Positions 10,099-21,718 of a stretch of 64,000 nucleotides of DNA are shown piece by piece. The stretch comes from Alphaproteobacteria bacterium (GTDB lineage Bacteria; Pseudomonadota; Alphaproteobacteria; JAAXGF01). Location: NCBI GenBank assembly GCA_963555825.3, contig CAUVXB020000002.1:2592001-2656000 (forward strand), in the 5' to 3' direction. The notes below the pieces were generated by a model. The model saw only the letters and a program-made list of their open reading frames with translations. It had not been told where the DNA came from and made no database searches. The translations under genes were made by a program, and so were the position numbers. Every line of letters starts with the position of its first letter. Position 1 is the stretch's first letter.

Positions 10099-10193
10099 AA
10101 AGGTGACCTGCGCTCAATCGCCGCGCATGCCAATCTTTATCCCATAAGGCCAATCTTTATCCCACAAAGACTGGCCGAACGGTCGGCGGCCCC
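10099..10193. repeat. Dispersed intergenic repeat, copy 2, with an internal ~20-bp tandem duplication
   Basis: Matches 141-213; gccaatctttatccca occurs twice. Confidence 0.85.
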
Positions 10194-10267
10194 CTCTTGT
10201 CCCATTAAGACTGGCGCGGGCTGATTGATAAACCTAAGCAGTATATATTTTACCGTGCGTCGCGGCG

Positions 10268-10759
10268 TCACTCGATCGGGAACGCGCGCAGCGCCTTCAG
10301 AAGCGTCTCGGCCGGCGCGTCGATCGTCTTCGGCGAAATGCGCAGCACCGGCATGCGGACCAGCGGGTTGCGCCACAACCGGGCGCGTTGATCTTCGGGC
10401 AGGCGTTGGGCAAAGCCCTTGGGGTCCTTGAGCTCGATGCAGATCATCGACTTGAGGCGCGAACCGCCGATATAGACATCCGCGATCTCGTGCCACGGCA
10501 CGGTGTCCATACGCCAGTCGCGAAACCAGACGCCTTCGGCGTCGACCGTGAGCCGCGTCTCCTTGGTCATCGACTGGCGCATGCTCATATAGAAGAAGGT
10601 CGCGCCGACGACGATCATCATGACGCCGACCAGCGGCGCGTCCTCGACCGCCAGGTCGGGTATCAGCAGCATCGAGAGGCCGAGCATGGTCACGCCGGCG
10701 CCGATCACCTTGCCGTGGAGCGTCGCCGTCTGGAAGGTGTAGGATCGGGGTTCGGTCAT
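10268..10759 (-). CDS. Membrane protein with two TM helices and a PH-like cytoplasmic domain
   Basis: Two hydrophobic segments followed by RLTVDAEGV...VPWHEIADV. Confidence 0.7.
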   Translation of the reverse strand: MTEPRSYTFQTATLHGKVIGAGVTMLGLSMLLIPDLAVEDAPLVGVMMIVVGATFFYMSMRQSMTKETRLTVDAEGVWFRDWRMDTVPWHEIADVYIGGSRLKSMICIELKDPKGFAQRLPEDQRARLWRNPLVRMPVLRISPKTIDAPAETLLKALRAFPIE

Positions 10760-10839
10760 CGTGCGGTCCGGTGCCTGACTGGTTGCGGGCGGCCGATTAT
10801 ACCGGGTCACGGCGACCCATGAAATGCGAGACAGATGAC

Positions 10840-11661
10840 ATGACCAAACACGACAACCCCATCCGCCCCTCGAAGGCCTACCAGAACGACGGCTTTCTCA
10901 ACAGCCGCGAAGGGCGCCCGCTGCGTATCCTGGCCGAATACGCCGAGCCAAAATCGCGCTTCGACCACCATCAGATCCAGGACACCATCGTGTTCTTCGG
11001 CTCGGCCCGGCTCGCCTCGCGCGAGGTGGCGGAAGCCGGGCTCGCCGCCGCCAGGGCGGCGGGCGGCGACGTCGCGTGCGCCGAGACGCGGCTGGCGATG
11101 TCGCGCTACTACGAGGACACCCGCACGCTGGCGGCGCGCCTGACCGCGTGGTCCAAGGCGCTGCCCAGTACGGAACGCCGCTTCGTGACCTGCACCGGCG
11201 GCGGGCCCGGCATCATGGAGGCGGCGGCGCGCGGCGCGTCGGAGGTGCACGGGCTCAACGTCGGGCTTTCCATTTCGCTGCCAGCCGAGGAGTTCACCAG
11301 CCCCTACGTCACGCGCGAGCTCGGCTTCAAGTTCCACTATTTCTTCATGCGCAAGTTCTGGTTCACCTATTTGGCCAAGGCGGTGGTCGCCATGCCGGGC
11401 GGCTTCGGCACGCTCGACGAGCTGTTCGAGCTGCTCACCCTGATCCAGACGCTCAAGATCAAGAAACGCCTGCCGATCGTGCTGTTCGGCAGCGACTTCT
11501 GGGACAAGGTCGTCGACTTCGACGCGCTGGTCGATTTCGGCACCATCGACGTCGCCGATCTCGACCTCTTCCTGCGCACCGATTCGGTCGACGAGGCCTT
11601 CGACTTCATCACCGCCGAGCTGGAAGAACACGCGATTGCCAGCCCGGGCGCGACGCTATAG
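10840..11661 (+). CDS. LOG-family (lysine-decarboxylase-like) nucleotide phosphoribohydrolase
   Basis: VFFGSAR, TGGGPGIMEAA, FHYFFMRKFWF, PGGFGTLDELFE. Confidence 0.92.
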   Translation: MTKHDNPIRPSKAYQNDGFLNSREGRPLRILAEYAEPKSRFDHHQIQDTIVFFGSARLASREVAEAGLAAARAAGGDVACAETRLAMSRYYEDTRTLAARLTAWSKALPSTERRFVTCTGGGPGIMEAAARGASEVHGLNVGLSISLPAEEFTSPYVTRELGFKFHYFFMRKFWFTYLAKAVVAMPGGFGTLDELFELLTLIQTLKIKKRLPIVLFGSDFWDKVVDFDALVDFGTIDVADLDLFLRTDSVDEAFDFITAELEEHAIASPGATL

Positions 11662-11693
11662 GCGGGAGATCCGGCCATGAGGAGAATTTGAGA

Positions 11694-12679
11694 ATGAAAG
11701 CAGCATGGTATGCCGACTTCGGACCGGCGGCCGAGGTCATCGAAACGGGCGATGTCGAGACGCCCGCCCCGGGGCCGGGCGAAGTGCGGGTGCGCGTCGC
11801 CGCCTCGGGCGTCAACCCGGTCGACGTCAAGCGCCGCAAGGGCGGCCGCGGCGCCATGGAAGCGCCGCGCGTGATCCCGCATTTCGACGGCGCCGGCGTC
11901 ATCGACGCGGTCGGGGAGGGCGTGCCCGAGACGCGCATCGGCGAACGCGTCTGGCTCTACGAGGCGCAATGGCGGAGCGCCACCGGCAGCGCCGCCGAAT
12001 TCGCCGTGGTCGCGGCCGACCGCGCGGTCGCGCTGGCCGGGCACACGAGCTTCGCCGAGGGCGCCGCGCTCGGCATTCCGGCGATGACGGCGCACCGCTG
12101 CGTCTACGCCGACGGCCCGGTCGAGGGCCAGACCGTGCTGGTCACCGGCGGCGCCGGCGTGGTCGGCCGCTACGCCGTGCAGATGGCCAAGCTGGGCGGC
12201 GCCCGCGTCGTCGCGACCGTGAGCAGCGCCGAGAAGGCCGCCCAAGCCACGGCGGCGGGCGCCGATCACGTCGTCGACTACAAGACCGAGGACGTCGCCG
12301 CGCGGCTTGGCGAGATCACCGGCGGCGCCGGCGTCCAGCGCATCGTCGAGGTCGAGTTCGGCGGCAACCTGGCGACCAGCCTCGACGTGCTGGCGTCGAA
12401 CGGCGTCATCGCGGCCTATGCGTCCGACGCCGTCCTTGAGCCGGCGGTGCCGTTCTACCGGCTCGCCTACGCCAACATCGCGGTGCGCCACGTGCTCGTC
12501 TTCGGCATGCCCGAGGCGGCCAAGCAACGCGCGGTCGCCGACATCACGCGCTGGCTCGAGGCTGGCGACCTCGGCCACCACATTGGCCAGCGCTTCACGC
12601 TCGCCGAGACCGCGGCGGCGCACCGCGCGGTCGAGGCCGGCGCCTTCGGCAAGGTCGTCGTCGAGATCGGCGACGCGCC

Positions 12680-12683
<4 letters not shown>
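11694..12683 (+). CDS. NADPH:quinone reductase (zeta-crystallin-type MDR)
   Basis: MKAAWY..., SGVNPVDVK, PHFDGAGVI, VLVTGGAGVVG; RBS aggag upstream. Confidence 0.9.
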
Positions 12684-13780
<1,097 letters not shown>

Positions 13781-13797
13781 AAACAAGCGGACCGATC

Positions 13798-14772
13798 ATG
13801 ACCGACGCAACAATCGTCTATCCCGACGCCAACGAGAATATCGGCGCGCTGATCGTCGCGGAACGGCGCGCGCGGCTCGACGCGATCGGCGGCATCGAGG
13901 TCCATACCGGCCGGCCGGCCGACGTCGCCGACTTCGTCGCGCGCATCGGCGACGCCCGCGCCGTCATCCTCGGTTGGGACATTCCGGCCCAGGCGATGCG
14001 CGAAGCGCCCAATATCGAGGTCATCTCGTTCCTCGGCATCGGCGCCGCGAAGTTCGTCGATTTCGGCGCGGCCGCGCGGCTCGGCATCACGGTCGCCAAC
14101 ACGCCGGCCTATTCGGTCAACGCCGTGGCCGAACACGCGCTCGCGCTGATCTTCGCCACCGCGCGCCAAGTCGTGCGCAACGACCGCACGACACGGAGCG
14201 GCGAATGGGACCAGTCGCTGCCCGGCTTCGAGCTCGCCGGCAAGACGCTTGGGCTTATCGGGGTGGGCGGCATCGGCACGCGGCTCGCCCAGATGGCGGC
14301 GGCCATCGGCATGCGGGTGATCGCCTGGACGCGCAACCCGAGCCCCGCGCGGGCGGCCGAGGCCGGCGTCGTGTTCGCGCCGCTCGATACCGTGCTCGCC
14401 GAGAGTGACGTCATTTCGCTTCACCTCATGGCGACGCCCGAGACCGAGGGTCTGATCGGCGCCGCCGAGCTCGATAGGACCAAGTCCGGCGTCGTCGTCA
14501 TCAACACCGGGCGCGCCGAGCTGATGGACGAGGCGGCGCTGGTCGAGCGCCTCGCCTCGGGCCGCATCGCCGCCGCCGGGCTCGACGTCTTCGCTACCGA
14601 GCCGCTGCCCGCCGACGACCCGCTGACCCGTCTCGACAACGTCGTGCTGGCGCCGCACATCGGCTTCAACACGCCCGAGGCGGTCGGCGCCATGCTCGAC
14701 ATCGCGATCGACAACCTGGTGGCCTATTACGGCGGCGCGCCGATCAACGTCGTCGCCGGACCGGGGCGTTAA
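13798..14772 (+). CDS. D-2-hydroxyacid dehydrogenase family protein
   Basis: AVAEHALAL, GKTLGLIGVGGIG, INTGRAEL, AGLDVF, APHIG. Confidence 0.9.
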   Translation: MTDATIVYPDANENIGALIVAERRARLDAIGGIEVHTGRPADVADFVARIGDARAVILGWDIPAQAMREAPNIEVISFLGIGAAKFVDFGAAARLGITVANTPAYSVNAVAEHALALIFATARQVVRNDRTTRSGEWDQSLPGFELAGKTLGLIGVGGIGTRLAQMAAAIGMRVIAWTRNPSPARAAEAGVVFAPLDTVLAESDVISLHLMATPETEGLIGAAELDRTKSGVVVINTGRAELMDEAALVERLASGRIAAAGLDVFATEPLPADDPLTRLDNVVLAPHIGFNTPEAVGAMLDIAIDNLVAYYGGAPINVVAGPGR

Positions 14773-15041
14773 CCCGGCTTTCTCACCAAGGATAGGTGCG
14801 GCACGGCGGATATCGGGCGACAGGCTAGGAAAAGCGCGTGGGCCACGATGCTTGCGCATCGGGCAAACGCTTTGACGCGGCCTGTCGTCCGAGATCCACC
14901 GCCCTTAAGGGTCGCGCCGGGCGGGCCGCCCGCGGCGTCGAAGGCCTTGCGCGTAGCCCAGGCTACGCTCCGCGGCCTTCTCCTGGCGGCTCGGCTCCGC
15001 CCGACGCGATGACGCACCTGTCCTTGGTGAGAAATCCGGGT
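14772..15041. mobile_element. MITE-like element, ~270 bp (copy A)
   Basis: 29-bp terminal IRs acccggctttctcaccaaggataggtgcg with 2 mismatches; begins at the TA of a stop codon; inverted homologue at 56812-57347. Confidence 0.85.
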
Positions 15042-15044
15042 TGA

Positions 15045-15917
15045 TCAGGCGCGGAGCCGCGCGGCCAGCGCGGCGCGGAGCTCCGACGGCATGTTGAGCA
15101 CGGTGACGCCGGCGGTCTCGAGCGCCGCGCGCTTCGAGGTGTAGCTGCCGCGCTCGCCCATGACGATGGCGCCGGCGTGGCCCATGCGCTTGCCGGGCGG
15201 CGCGGCGCGCCCGGCGATGAAGGCGACGACCGGCTTGGTCATCGCCGCCGCGGCCTCGGCCGCTTCCTCCTCCATGGCGCCGCCGATCTCGCCGACCAGC
15301 GCGACCGCATCGGTGCCCGGGTCGGCCTCGAGGCGGAGAAGCGCGTCGCGCGACGTGGTGCCCAGGATCGGATCGCCGCCGACGCCGATGAAGACCGACT
15401 GGCCGTAGCCGGCGCGCACGATGTTGAGGCAGGCGAGCGCGCCCAGGCTGCCCGAGCGCGACACCACGCCGATCCGTCCGGCCCGGAAGAGGTTGCCGTT
15501 GAACGCCGGCATGATGCCGACGAAGCATTCGCCGGGCGTGACGATGCCGGCGGTGTTGGGGCCGACCACGCAGCAGTCGTTGGCGCGCGCGGCGGCGATG
15601 ATCGCCATGACGTCGCGCACCGGGATGAACTCGGTGAGGACGACCAGCGTCTTGGCGCCCGCCTCGATGGCGTCGAGCGCCGCGGCCCTGGCGGCGAGCG
15701 GCGGGATGAACATGACGGAGGCGTCGAAGCCGCCGGCGTCCATCGCCGCGCGCGCGCTTTCGAACACCGGCACGCCGCAATGCTCGGTACCGGCTTTCTT
15801 CGGGTTGACGCCGCCGACGACGCTGGTGCCGTAGGCCTGCATGCGCTCGGTCCAGAACGTGCCCTGCCGCCCTGTGATGCCCTGGACGAGCACGCGGTCT
15901 TGGGCGCGAACGATCAT
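15045..15917 (-). CDS. ADP-forming acyl-CoA ligase alpha subunit (SucD paralog)
   Basis: [32 protein letters not shown] (phospho-His). Confidence 0.9.
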   Translation of the reverse strand: MIVRAQDRVLVQGITGRQGTFWTERMQAYGTSVVGGVNPKKAGTEHCGVPVFESARAAMDAGGFDASVMFIPPLAARAAALDAIEAGAKTLVVLTEFIPVRDVMAIIAAARANDCCVVGPNTAGIVTPGECFVGIMPAFNGNLFRAGRIGVVSRSGSLGALACLNIVRAGYGQSVFIGVGGDPILGTTSRDALLRLEADPGTDAVALVGEIGGAMEEEAAEAAAAMTKPVVAFIAGRAAPPGKRMGHAGAIVMGERGSYTSKRAALETAGVTVLNMPSELRAALAARLRA

Positions 15918-17038
15918 GACGCCGCCGCAATGGCGGCCACAACCGCATCGTCCATCACGTCGAAGGGTTCGAGGCCGAGACCGGCGCGCACCATGGCGAC
16001 CGCCTCGTCCTCGCCGGTGCCGTGGATCGAGAAGAAGATCGGGATGTCGGGCGCCAACCCCTGCCAGGCCTCGATGACGCCTTGCGTCATCACGTCGCAG
16101 CGCGCGAAGGCGCCGCAGAAGTTGACCACCAGGCTCTTGACGCTCGGGTTGGCGAGCACCAGCTCGAGGGCGGGCCGCGCCTTGGTGTAGGCGTCGCCGC
16201 CGATCTCGAGGAAGTTGGCCGGCCGGCCGCCATAGAAGGCGACCGCGTCGATCGTCGTCATGGTCAGCCCGGCGCCGTTGGCGAGCACGCCGACGTCGCC
16301 GCCGAGTGCGATGTAGCGCAGGCCGTGCGCCGCGCCGCGCGCCTCCAGTTCGGTCTCGGGTTCGGCGACGCCCTCGGCCGCGAGATCGGCCTGGCGCGGC
16401 ACGGCCGAGTCGTCGAGCACGAACTTGCAGTCCAACGCGATCACCGCGCCGCCGGCCGTGACCGCCAGCGGGTTGATCTCGACCAGCTCGGCGTCGCGCA
16501 GGTCGTAGAGGCCGTAGAGCCTGACCAGCACATCGGCGACCGTCTCGGCCGCCGCGTCGAGGCCGAGGCCGTCGGTGAGCGCCGCCGCGTCGGCCGCGTC
16601 GAAACCGCGCGTGATGTCGACGGCGTGGCTGCGGATCGCTTGGCGGTTCCGCGCCGCGACCGCCTCTATGTCGATACCGCCTTGCGTCGAGACCATGACC
16701 AGCGGGCCGCGGCTGGCCGGGTCGTTGAGCACCGCGGCGTAAAGCTCGCGCGCAATCGCCGCCCGCCGCTCGACGAGCACGGCCGCGACCCGATGGTCGC
16801 CGATCGTCATGCCCAGGATGCTGCGCGCCGCCGCCTCGGCCGCGGGCGCATCGTCGGCCGGCTTGACGCCGCCCGCCTTGCCGCGCTTGCCAGCCGGCAC
16901 CTGCGCCTTGACGACGACCGGACCGATGCGCGCGGCGATCGCGCCGGCTTCGGTGGGCGTGGTCGCCAGCGCGCCCTCGGGCACCGCGATGCCGGCCTCG
17001 GCGAGCAGGCGCTTGCCGGTATGCTCGGTGAAGTTCAC
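15914..17038 (-). CDS. ADP-forming acyl-CoA ligase beta subunit (SucC paralog)
   Basis: GTG start (M)NFTEHTGK; VVKAQVPAGKRGKAGGV, EINPL, NGAGLTMTTID, PANFLEIGG. Confidence 0.9.
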   Translation of the reverse strand: MNFTEHTGKRLLAEAGIAVPEGALATTPTEAGAIAARIGPVVVKAQVPAGKRGKAGGVKPADDAPAAEAAARSILGMTIGDHRVAAVLVERRAAIARELYAAVLNDPASRGPLVMVSTQGGIDIEAVAARNRQAIRSHAVDITRGFDAADAAALTDGLGLDAAAETVADVLVRLYGLYDLRDAELVEINPLAVTAGGAVIALDCKFVLDDSAVPRQADLAAEGVAEPETELEARGAAHGLRYIALGGDVGVLANGAGLTMTTIDAVAFYGGRPANFLEIGGDAYTKARPALELVLANPSVKSLVVNFCGAFARCDVMTQGVIEAWQGLAPDIPIFFSIHGTGEDEAVAMVRAGLGLEPFDVMDDAVVAAIAAAS

Positions 17039-17048
17039 GGCCGCGCCG

Positions 17049-18479
17049 TCACTTGCCGTGGGCCGTCCAATAGGCGCCGAACAGCGCGTCCTCGGTCGGC
17101 CGGTCCTCGGCGATCGTGGTGACCAGATGGGTGACGTTGATGAAGTGGCGCCAGTTGAGATTCTCGCTGAACGAGTTGCCCGCCCAGGTGCCGCAGCCCA
17201 TCGAGAGCGTAAAGTTGAGGCCGTTGTCGAAACTGCCGCCGTTGCCGAAGGTATGCGCCTGGTTGACCAGCACGCGCACCACGTCGAGTTGCTCGGCAAG
17301 GCGCCGGGCGTGCGCCGGTTCGGCCGTGTGGATGCCGCAGGAATGGCCCATGCCCTGATGGGCCAGGATAGCGCGGGTCTTGGCCAGCGCATCGTCGAAA
17401 TCGACGGCGCGGTAGACCGTCAGCACGAGCGAGAGCTTCTCGCCCGACAGCGGATAGCCCGGTCCGATGCCGCTCTCCTCGCAGATGAAGAAGCGCGCGC
17501 CCCGGGCCGCGGAAGGCAGGCCAAGCGCCTCGGCGGCCACGGCCGCATCGCGCGCGATGACGTCGCGCGAAAGCTTGCCGCCCGGCCACAGCCGCTCGAC
17601 GACGCGTGCCGTCTCGGCGGCGCTCGCCCGATAGCCGCCGACCGCCTCGAGCGCTGTCATGGCGGCATCATAGACATCGTCGAGCACGACCAGTGCGTTC
17701 TCCGACGAGCACGAGGTGGCGTTGTCGAAGGTCTTCGAGGCGCAGATCTTGGCTGCCGCGTCGGCCAGGTCGGCGCTCGAATCGACGATCACCGGCACGT
17801 TGCCGGCGCCGACGCCGAGCGCCGGCGTGCCGCTCGAATAGGCGCGCCGCACGTTGTTCTGCGAACCGGTGACGACGATCAGGTCGACCGCCGCCATCAG
17901 CGCCTGGGTCGTCGCCTTGGTGACCGGTTCGGGCAGCAGCTGAACGAGATCGGCATCGAGGCCTATGCGCGCCAGCTCGGCGCGCGCCAGTTCGACCGTG
18001 CGCGCGGTGGTCCGCCAGCCGCTCGGCGACGGCGCGACGATGACGGCATTGGCCCCCTTGAGCGCCATCATCGCCTTGTTGATCGGTGTCGCCGCCGGAT
18101 TGGTCGAGGGCGTCACCGCGCCGACCACGCCGACCGGCTTGGCGTATTTGACGATGCCGGTCGCCGGATCGTTCTCGATGATGCCGACGCTCTTGGCACG
18201 CATCAGGTCGCGCAGCGCGCCGAACGTCTTGCGCTGGTTCTTGACGATCTTGTCGGCGGCGTTGCCGAGGCCGGTGTCGGCGACCGCCAGTTCGGCCAGC
18301 GCGGCGGCGTTCTTGGGCTTGTAGATCGACCAGGCGAGCGCCGTGACCGCCTCGTCGACGCGCGCCTGACCGACGCCGGCGAGACAGGCCATGGCCGCGC
18401 GGGCCCGGGCGACCAGAGGATCGACGATGGCCCGCGTCTGGTCTTCCAGCTGCGCCGCCGTCGCGGCTTGTGGCTTCAT
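17049..18479 (-). CDS. sauS: CoA-acylating aldehyde dehydrogenase, sulfoacetaldehyde dehydrogenase-like
   Basis: DTGLGN..DKI.KN.RKT, TPSTNPAATP, SKTFDNATSCSSEN, NQAH..GG.FDNGL.F.LSMGCGTW match SauS as I recall it. Confidence 0.75.
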   Translation of the reverse strand: MKPQAATAAQLEDQTRAIVDPLVARARAAMACLAGVGQARVDEAVTALAWSIYKPKNAAALAELAVADTGLGNAADKIVKNQRKTFGALRDLMRAKSVGIIENDPATGIVKYAKPVGVVGAVTPSTNPAATPINKAMMALKGANAVIVAPSPSGWRTTARTVELARAELARIGLDADLVQLLPEPVTKATTQALMAAVDLIVVTGSQNNVRRAYSSGTPALGVGAGNVPVIVDSSADLADAAAKICASKTFDNATSCSSENALVVLDDVYDAAMTALEAVGGYRASAAETARVVERLWPGGKLSRDVIARDAAVAAEALGLPSAARGARFFICEESGIGPGYPLSGEKLSLVLTVYRAVDFDDALAKTRAILAHQGMGHSCGIHTAEPAHARRLAEQLDVVRVLVNQAHTFGNGGSFDNGLNFTLSMGCGTWAGNSFSENLNWRHFINVTHLVTTIAEDRPTEDALFGAYWTAHGK

Positions 18480-18575
18480 GGGTCTTGGCTCCTGTCTGTC
18501 CCTGCCCTATGCGGTGCCGTTCACCGCGTAGTCGAAAATATCGTCACTGGAACGGCCGATTCGTTGGCTTGAGGC

Positions 18576-18603
18576 AAAAAACGGGGGGCCGTGAGGCCCC
18601 CCG
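18576..18603 (-). terminator. Rho-independent terminator of the ABC substrate-binding protein gene
   Basis: Perfect 9-bp stem cggggggcc-gtga-ggccccccg followed by U6 on the minus strand. Confidence 0.85.
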
Positions 18604-18634
18604 AGGTTTGTCGTGATTTGTGTCGTTGGTTGGC

Positions 18635-20272
18635 TCAGGCGTCGAACCACAGCTCGTTGACGAACATGTAGGACGTCGGGTGCTGGGCGTAGCCCTGGAC
18701 CCGCTTGTCCCAACCGGCGAACGAACCGCGCCACAGCGGCTGCACGATCGGGCCGTCTTCCTGCATCAGCGTCTCGATCTCGCAGATCACCTCGCGCCGC
18801 GCATCGGCGTCGAGAATGCCCGAGGCCTTGACCAACAGCTCGTCGAACTTCGGGTTGGCATAGGCCGCCTCGTTCCACGGCACGCCCGAGCGATAGGCGA
18901 GACCAAGAACCATGACGCCGAGCGGACGGTGGGTCCACGACGTGAAGCCGAACGGCACCTTGTCCCAGACCTCCCAGTACTGCGCCGACGGCATCGGGTT
19001 GATGGTCACCCGGATGCCCGCCTCGGCCCACTGCTGCTTCATCACCTGGACCGCGTCGAGCTCCCACTTGGGCGACGTCTTGCCGGCGATCTCGACGTCG
19101 ATGCCGCCCGCGTGACCGGCCTCGGCCAAGAGCGCCTTGGCCGCCGCCGGGTCGCGCGTCATCTCAGGCAGCTTGCAGTATTCCGGATGGATCGGGCAGA
19201 CGTGGTGATGCTCGGCCGGCGTCCCGACATCGCCGTAGACGATGTCGCTGACCGCCTTGGTGTCGACCGCAAGACGCATCGCCTTGCGCACCCTGGGATC
19301 GTCCCACGGCGCGTTGCCGAGACGCATCCGCGCGACGCCGGTCTGCGCCGTCGGCACCGTGTAGATCTCGACATGCGACATCGACTGCATCGCCGTCAGC
19401 GTCGTGATGTCGCCCTGGTTCATGCCGTGGATCTGCTTCGACGCCAAGGCGCCCAAGACCGCCGACGGCTCGTCGCCCAGATCGAGATAGGTCACCCGGT
19501 CGACATAGGGACCGGTGCCCCAATAGTCGCTGCGCGCCTCGACAACCGCCTTCTGCTTGAAGCCGAACTCGACCAGATCGAACGGCCCGGTGCCGTTGCC
19601 GCCGACGCCGAACTTGCCGCCCTCCTCGGGATCGATCATCGGGAAGGGATAGTGGAACAGATGTTCCGGAACCGCCAACTCGGCGACCTTCGCGTTGAGC
19701 CGAACGGTGTGCGAATCGATCTTCTCGACGGCGTTGGCGTCCCACTTCGCCGAACCGTCGTCGTTCATCATGTAGCCCTTCATCAGGCCCAACACCGACG
19801 AACCCGTGTCCGGGTCCAAGACGTGGTTGATGTTCCACACCACGTCGTCGGCATCGAACTCGCGCCCGTTGTGCCACTTGATGCCCTTGCGCACGTTCAG
19901 CGTCCAGGTCCGCAAGTCGTCCGACGCCGACCAACTCTCCAACAGATAGGGCCGCGTCACGTTGTCGGTCCCGGTCTTGGTCAGATACTCCAGCACGTCG
20001 CGCGCGATGTCGGCGCCCCAGCTGAAGGTATGCGGATCCTTGACGTCGATGACGCCCGTCGCGATGCGCAGATGACCGCCCATCTTCGGCGTCGCCGCCT
20101 GCGCACGCGGCGCGAAACTCTCGCCCGTCACCCGGCCCATGAAGGCATAGGCCGTCGCGGCCGACATGCCCAACAGCGTCGACGTGCGCAAAAACTCCCG
20201 CCGGTCGACCTTGCCCTCCGCGAAGTTCCGCTTCAGGGTCGGGATGTAACTATGTTCCCTGACTTCTTTCAT
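18635..20272 (-). CDS. ABC transporter substrate-binding protein, family 5 (peptide/nickel), Tat-exported
   Basis: Tat motif DRREFL; PYLLESW, RKGIKWHNG.EFDADDVVWN, GTGPF; no permease genes adjacent. Confidence 0.9.
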   Translation of the reverse strand: MKEVREHSYIPTLKRNFAEGKVDRREFLRTSTLLGMSAATAYAFMGRVTGESFAPRAQAATPKMGGHLRIATGVIDVKDPHTFSWGADIARDVLEYLTKTGTDNVTRPYLLESWSASDDLRTWTLNVRKGIKWHNGREFDADDVVWNINHVLDPDTGSSVLGLMKGYMMNDDGSAKWDANAVEKIDSHTVRLNAKVAELAVPEHLFHYPFPMIDPEEGGKFGVGGNGTGPFDLVEFGFKQKAVVEARSDYWGTGPYVDRVTYLDLGDEPSAVLGALASKQIHGMNQGDITTLTAMQSMSHVEIYTVPTAQTGVARMRLGNAPWDDPRVRKAMRLAVDTKAVSDIVYGDVGTPAEHHHVCPIHPEYCKLPEMTRDPAAAKALLAEAGHAGGIDVEIAGKTSPKWELDAVQVMKQQWAEAGIRVTINPMPSAQYWEVWDKVPFGFTSWTHRPLGVMVLGLAYRSGVPWNEAAYANPKFDELLVKASGILDADARREVICEIETLMQEDGPIVQPLWRGSFAGWDKRVQGYAQHPTSYMFVNELWFDA

Positions 20273-20523
20273 GACGTCATATCTCCCTGTTCGCGTGCCG
20301 AAAATTCAATCGGGTTGGAGCCCGCAGAACTCGACAACGCATTATTCCTGGGTGCGAACCCTGCGCCCATATATCGGCCCCACCAATGCGCGTCGAATTG
20401 ATCAAGCACGTCTGGTGTGACTTGACCGAATATCGTACACGTCGAGCGAATGTTCGGCGACCCCTTTTGTTTTCGCCTGCGGACAACCGAATTCGGGCCA
20501 ATTTGTCAGGGACTAGCGACACC

Positions 20524-21435
20524 ATGAACGACGCAATCGCCGCCTTGGCGGGCATTCCGCTTTACCGCGGTATCGACCCGGGCCGGCTGTCGATCACGCG
20601 GTTGGGCGGCCTAAGCAACCGCAGCTTTCGCGTCGCCGGGCCGTCCGGCGTCCACGTCTTGCGCCTCGCCGGGGCCGCCGCCGACACCATCGTCGATCGC
20701 CGCGCCGAGGCCGCCAACGCGCGCGCCGCCGCGGCGGCCGGCATCGGCCCCGAGGTGCTCTATGCCGACCCCGGGAGCGCCGTTCTGCTGACCCGCTTCA
20801 TCGACGGCGTGACCATGAGCCGGGAAGGCTTCCGCGAGCCGGGGGCCGTCGCGCGCGCCGCGCTGGCGCTCCGCCGGCTGCACGCCACGGGCGCGCGGTT
20901 CGCCGGACGGCTCGACCCGTTCGCCGCGCTGACCGGTTATGTGGCGGAGATCGAGCGGCGCGGCGCGCCGCTGCCCGACGGCTGTGCCGCGGCGCTCGTC
21001 GAGGCGGCGCCGGTCGGCCCGGCGCTCGCGGCGCATCCGCCGGCGCCGGCGCCCTGCCACGTCGACCCGGTGCCGGAGAACTTCATCGACGCGGGCGTCA
21101 GCATGTATCTCATCGATTATGAATACGCGGCGATGGCCGATCCGATGTGGGACCTCGCCTACTTCGCCATCGAGGCCGATTTGGACGCCACGCGCGAGGC
21201 CGCGCTTCTCGACACCTATTTCGACGAGCCGCCGCCGGCGCGCATGGCGGCGCGGGTCGCGCTCTACAAGCCGATCTGCGACCTCGTCTCGGCGACCTGG
21301 GCGGCGTTGATGGCAGCGCGCGGTGAGCGTTCGGGCGGCCTCCTGGCCGACGCCGATGCGCGCATCGCACGCTGCCGTAGCGCACTGGCCGAGCCGGCGT
21401 TCCGGCGCCACCTCGATCGGGTCGCCGAGACATAG
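20524..21435 (+). CDS. Choline/ethanolamine kinase-family phosphotransferase
   Basis: LGGLSNRSF, Brenner motif CHVDPVPENF, LIDYEYAAMADPMWDLA. Confidence 0.85.
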   Translation: MNDAIAALAGIPLYRGIDPGRLSITRLGGLSNRSFRVAGPSGVHVLRLAGAAADTIVDRRAEAANARAAAAAGIGPEVLYADPGSAVLLTRFIDGVTMSREGFREPGAVARAALALRRLHATGARFAGRLDPFAALTGYVAEIERRGAPLPDGCAAALVEAAPVGPALAAHPPAPAPCHVDPVPENFIDAGVSMYLIDYEYAAMADPMWDLAYFAIEADLDATREAALLDTYFDEPPPARMAARVALYKPICDLVSATWAALMAARGERSGGLLADADARIARCRSALAEPAFRRHLDRVAET

Positions 21436-21461
21436 TCGGTCCGCGAACCCCACGAAGGCGA

Positions 21462-21707
21462 TTAGGGCCGATGGGCGTGGACCAGGAGGCCGCGGATCGT
21501 CGTCTCGCCGAGCGCGCGGGCGGCCTCGAGCCGGTGCAGGCCCTCGACCAGGACGTAGCGGCCGCGGCCCTCGCGCACCAGGATCGCGGTCCGCTGGCCC
21601 TCTTCGATCATGCTTTCGGCGATCGCCTCGACGGTCTTTTCGTCGAGCGTCTTGCGCCGTTTTACCGGCACGTAGATGTCGTCGATGTTGAGCGTTACGT
21701 CTTCCAT
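21462..21707 (-). CDS. Small ParB/Srx N-terminal domain protein
   Basis: IDDIYVP..RRKTLD...IAESMIEEGQ...YVLVEGLHRLEA. Confidence 0.85.
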   Translation of the reverse strand: MEDVTLNIDDIYVPVKRRKTLDEKTVEAIAESMIEEGQRTAILVREGRGRYVLVEGLHRLEAARALGETTIRGLLVHAHRP

Positions 21708-21718
21708 TGCGTCCCCGA

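Noticed and set aside
21462-21707. Plasmid or chromosome partition locus
   Set aside because: Only a stand-alone ParB-N-like domain; no ParA, HTH or parS seen
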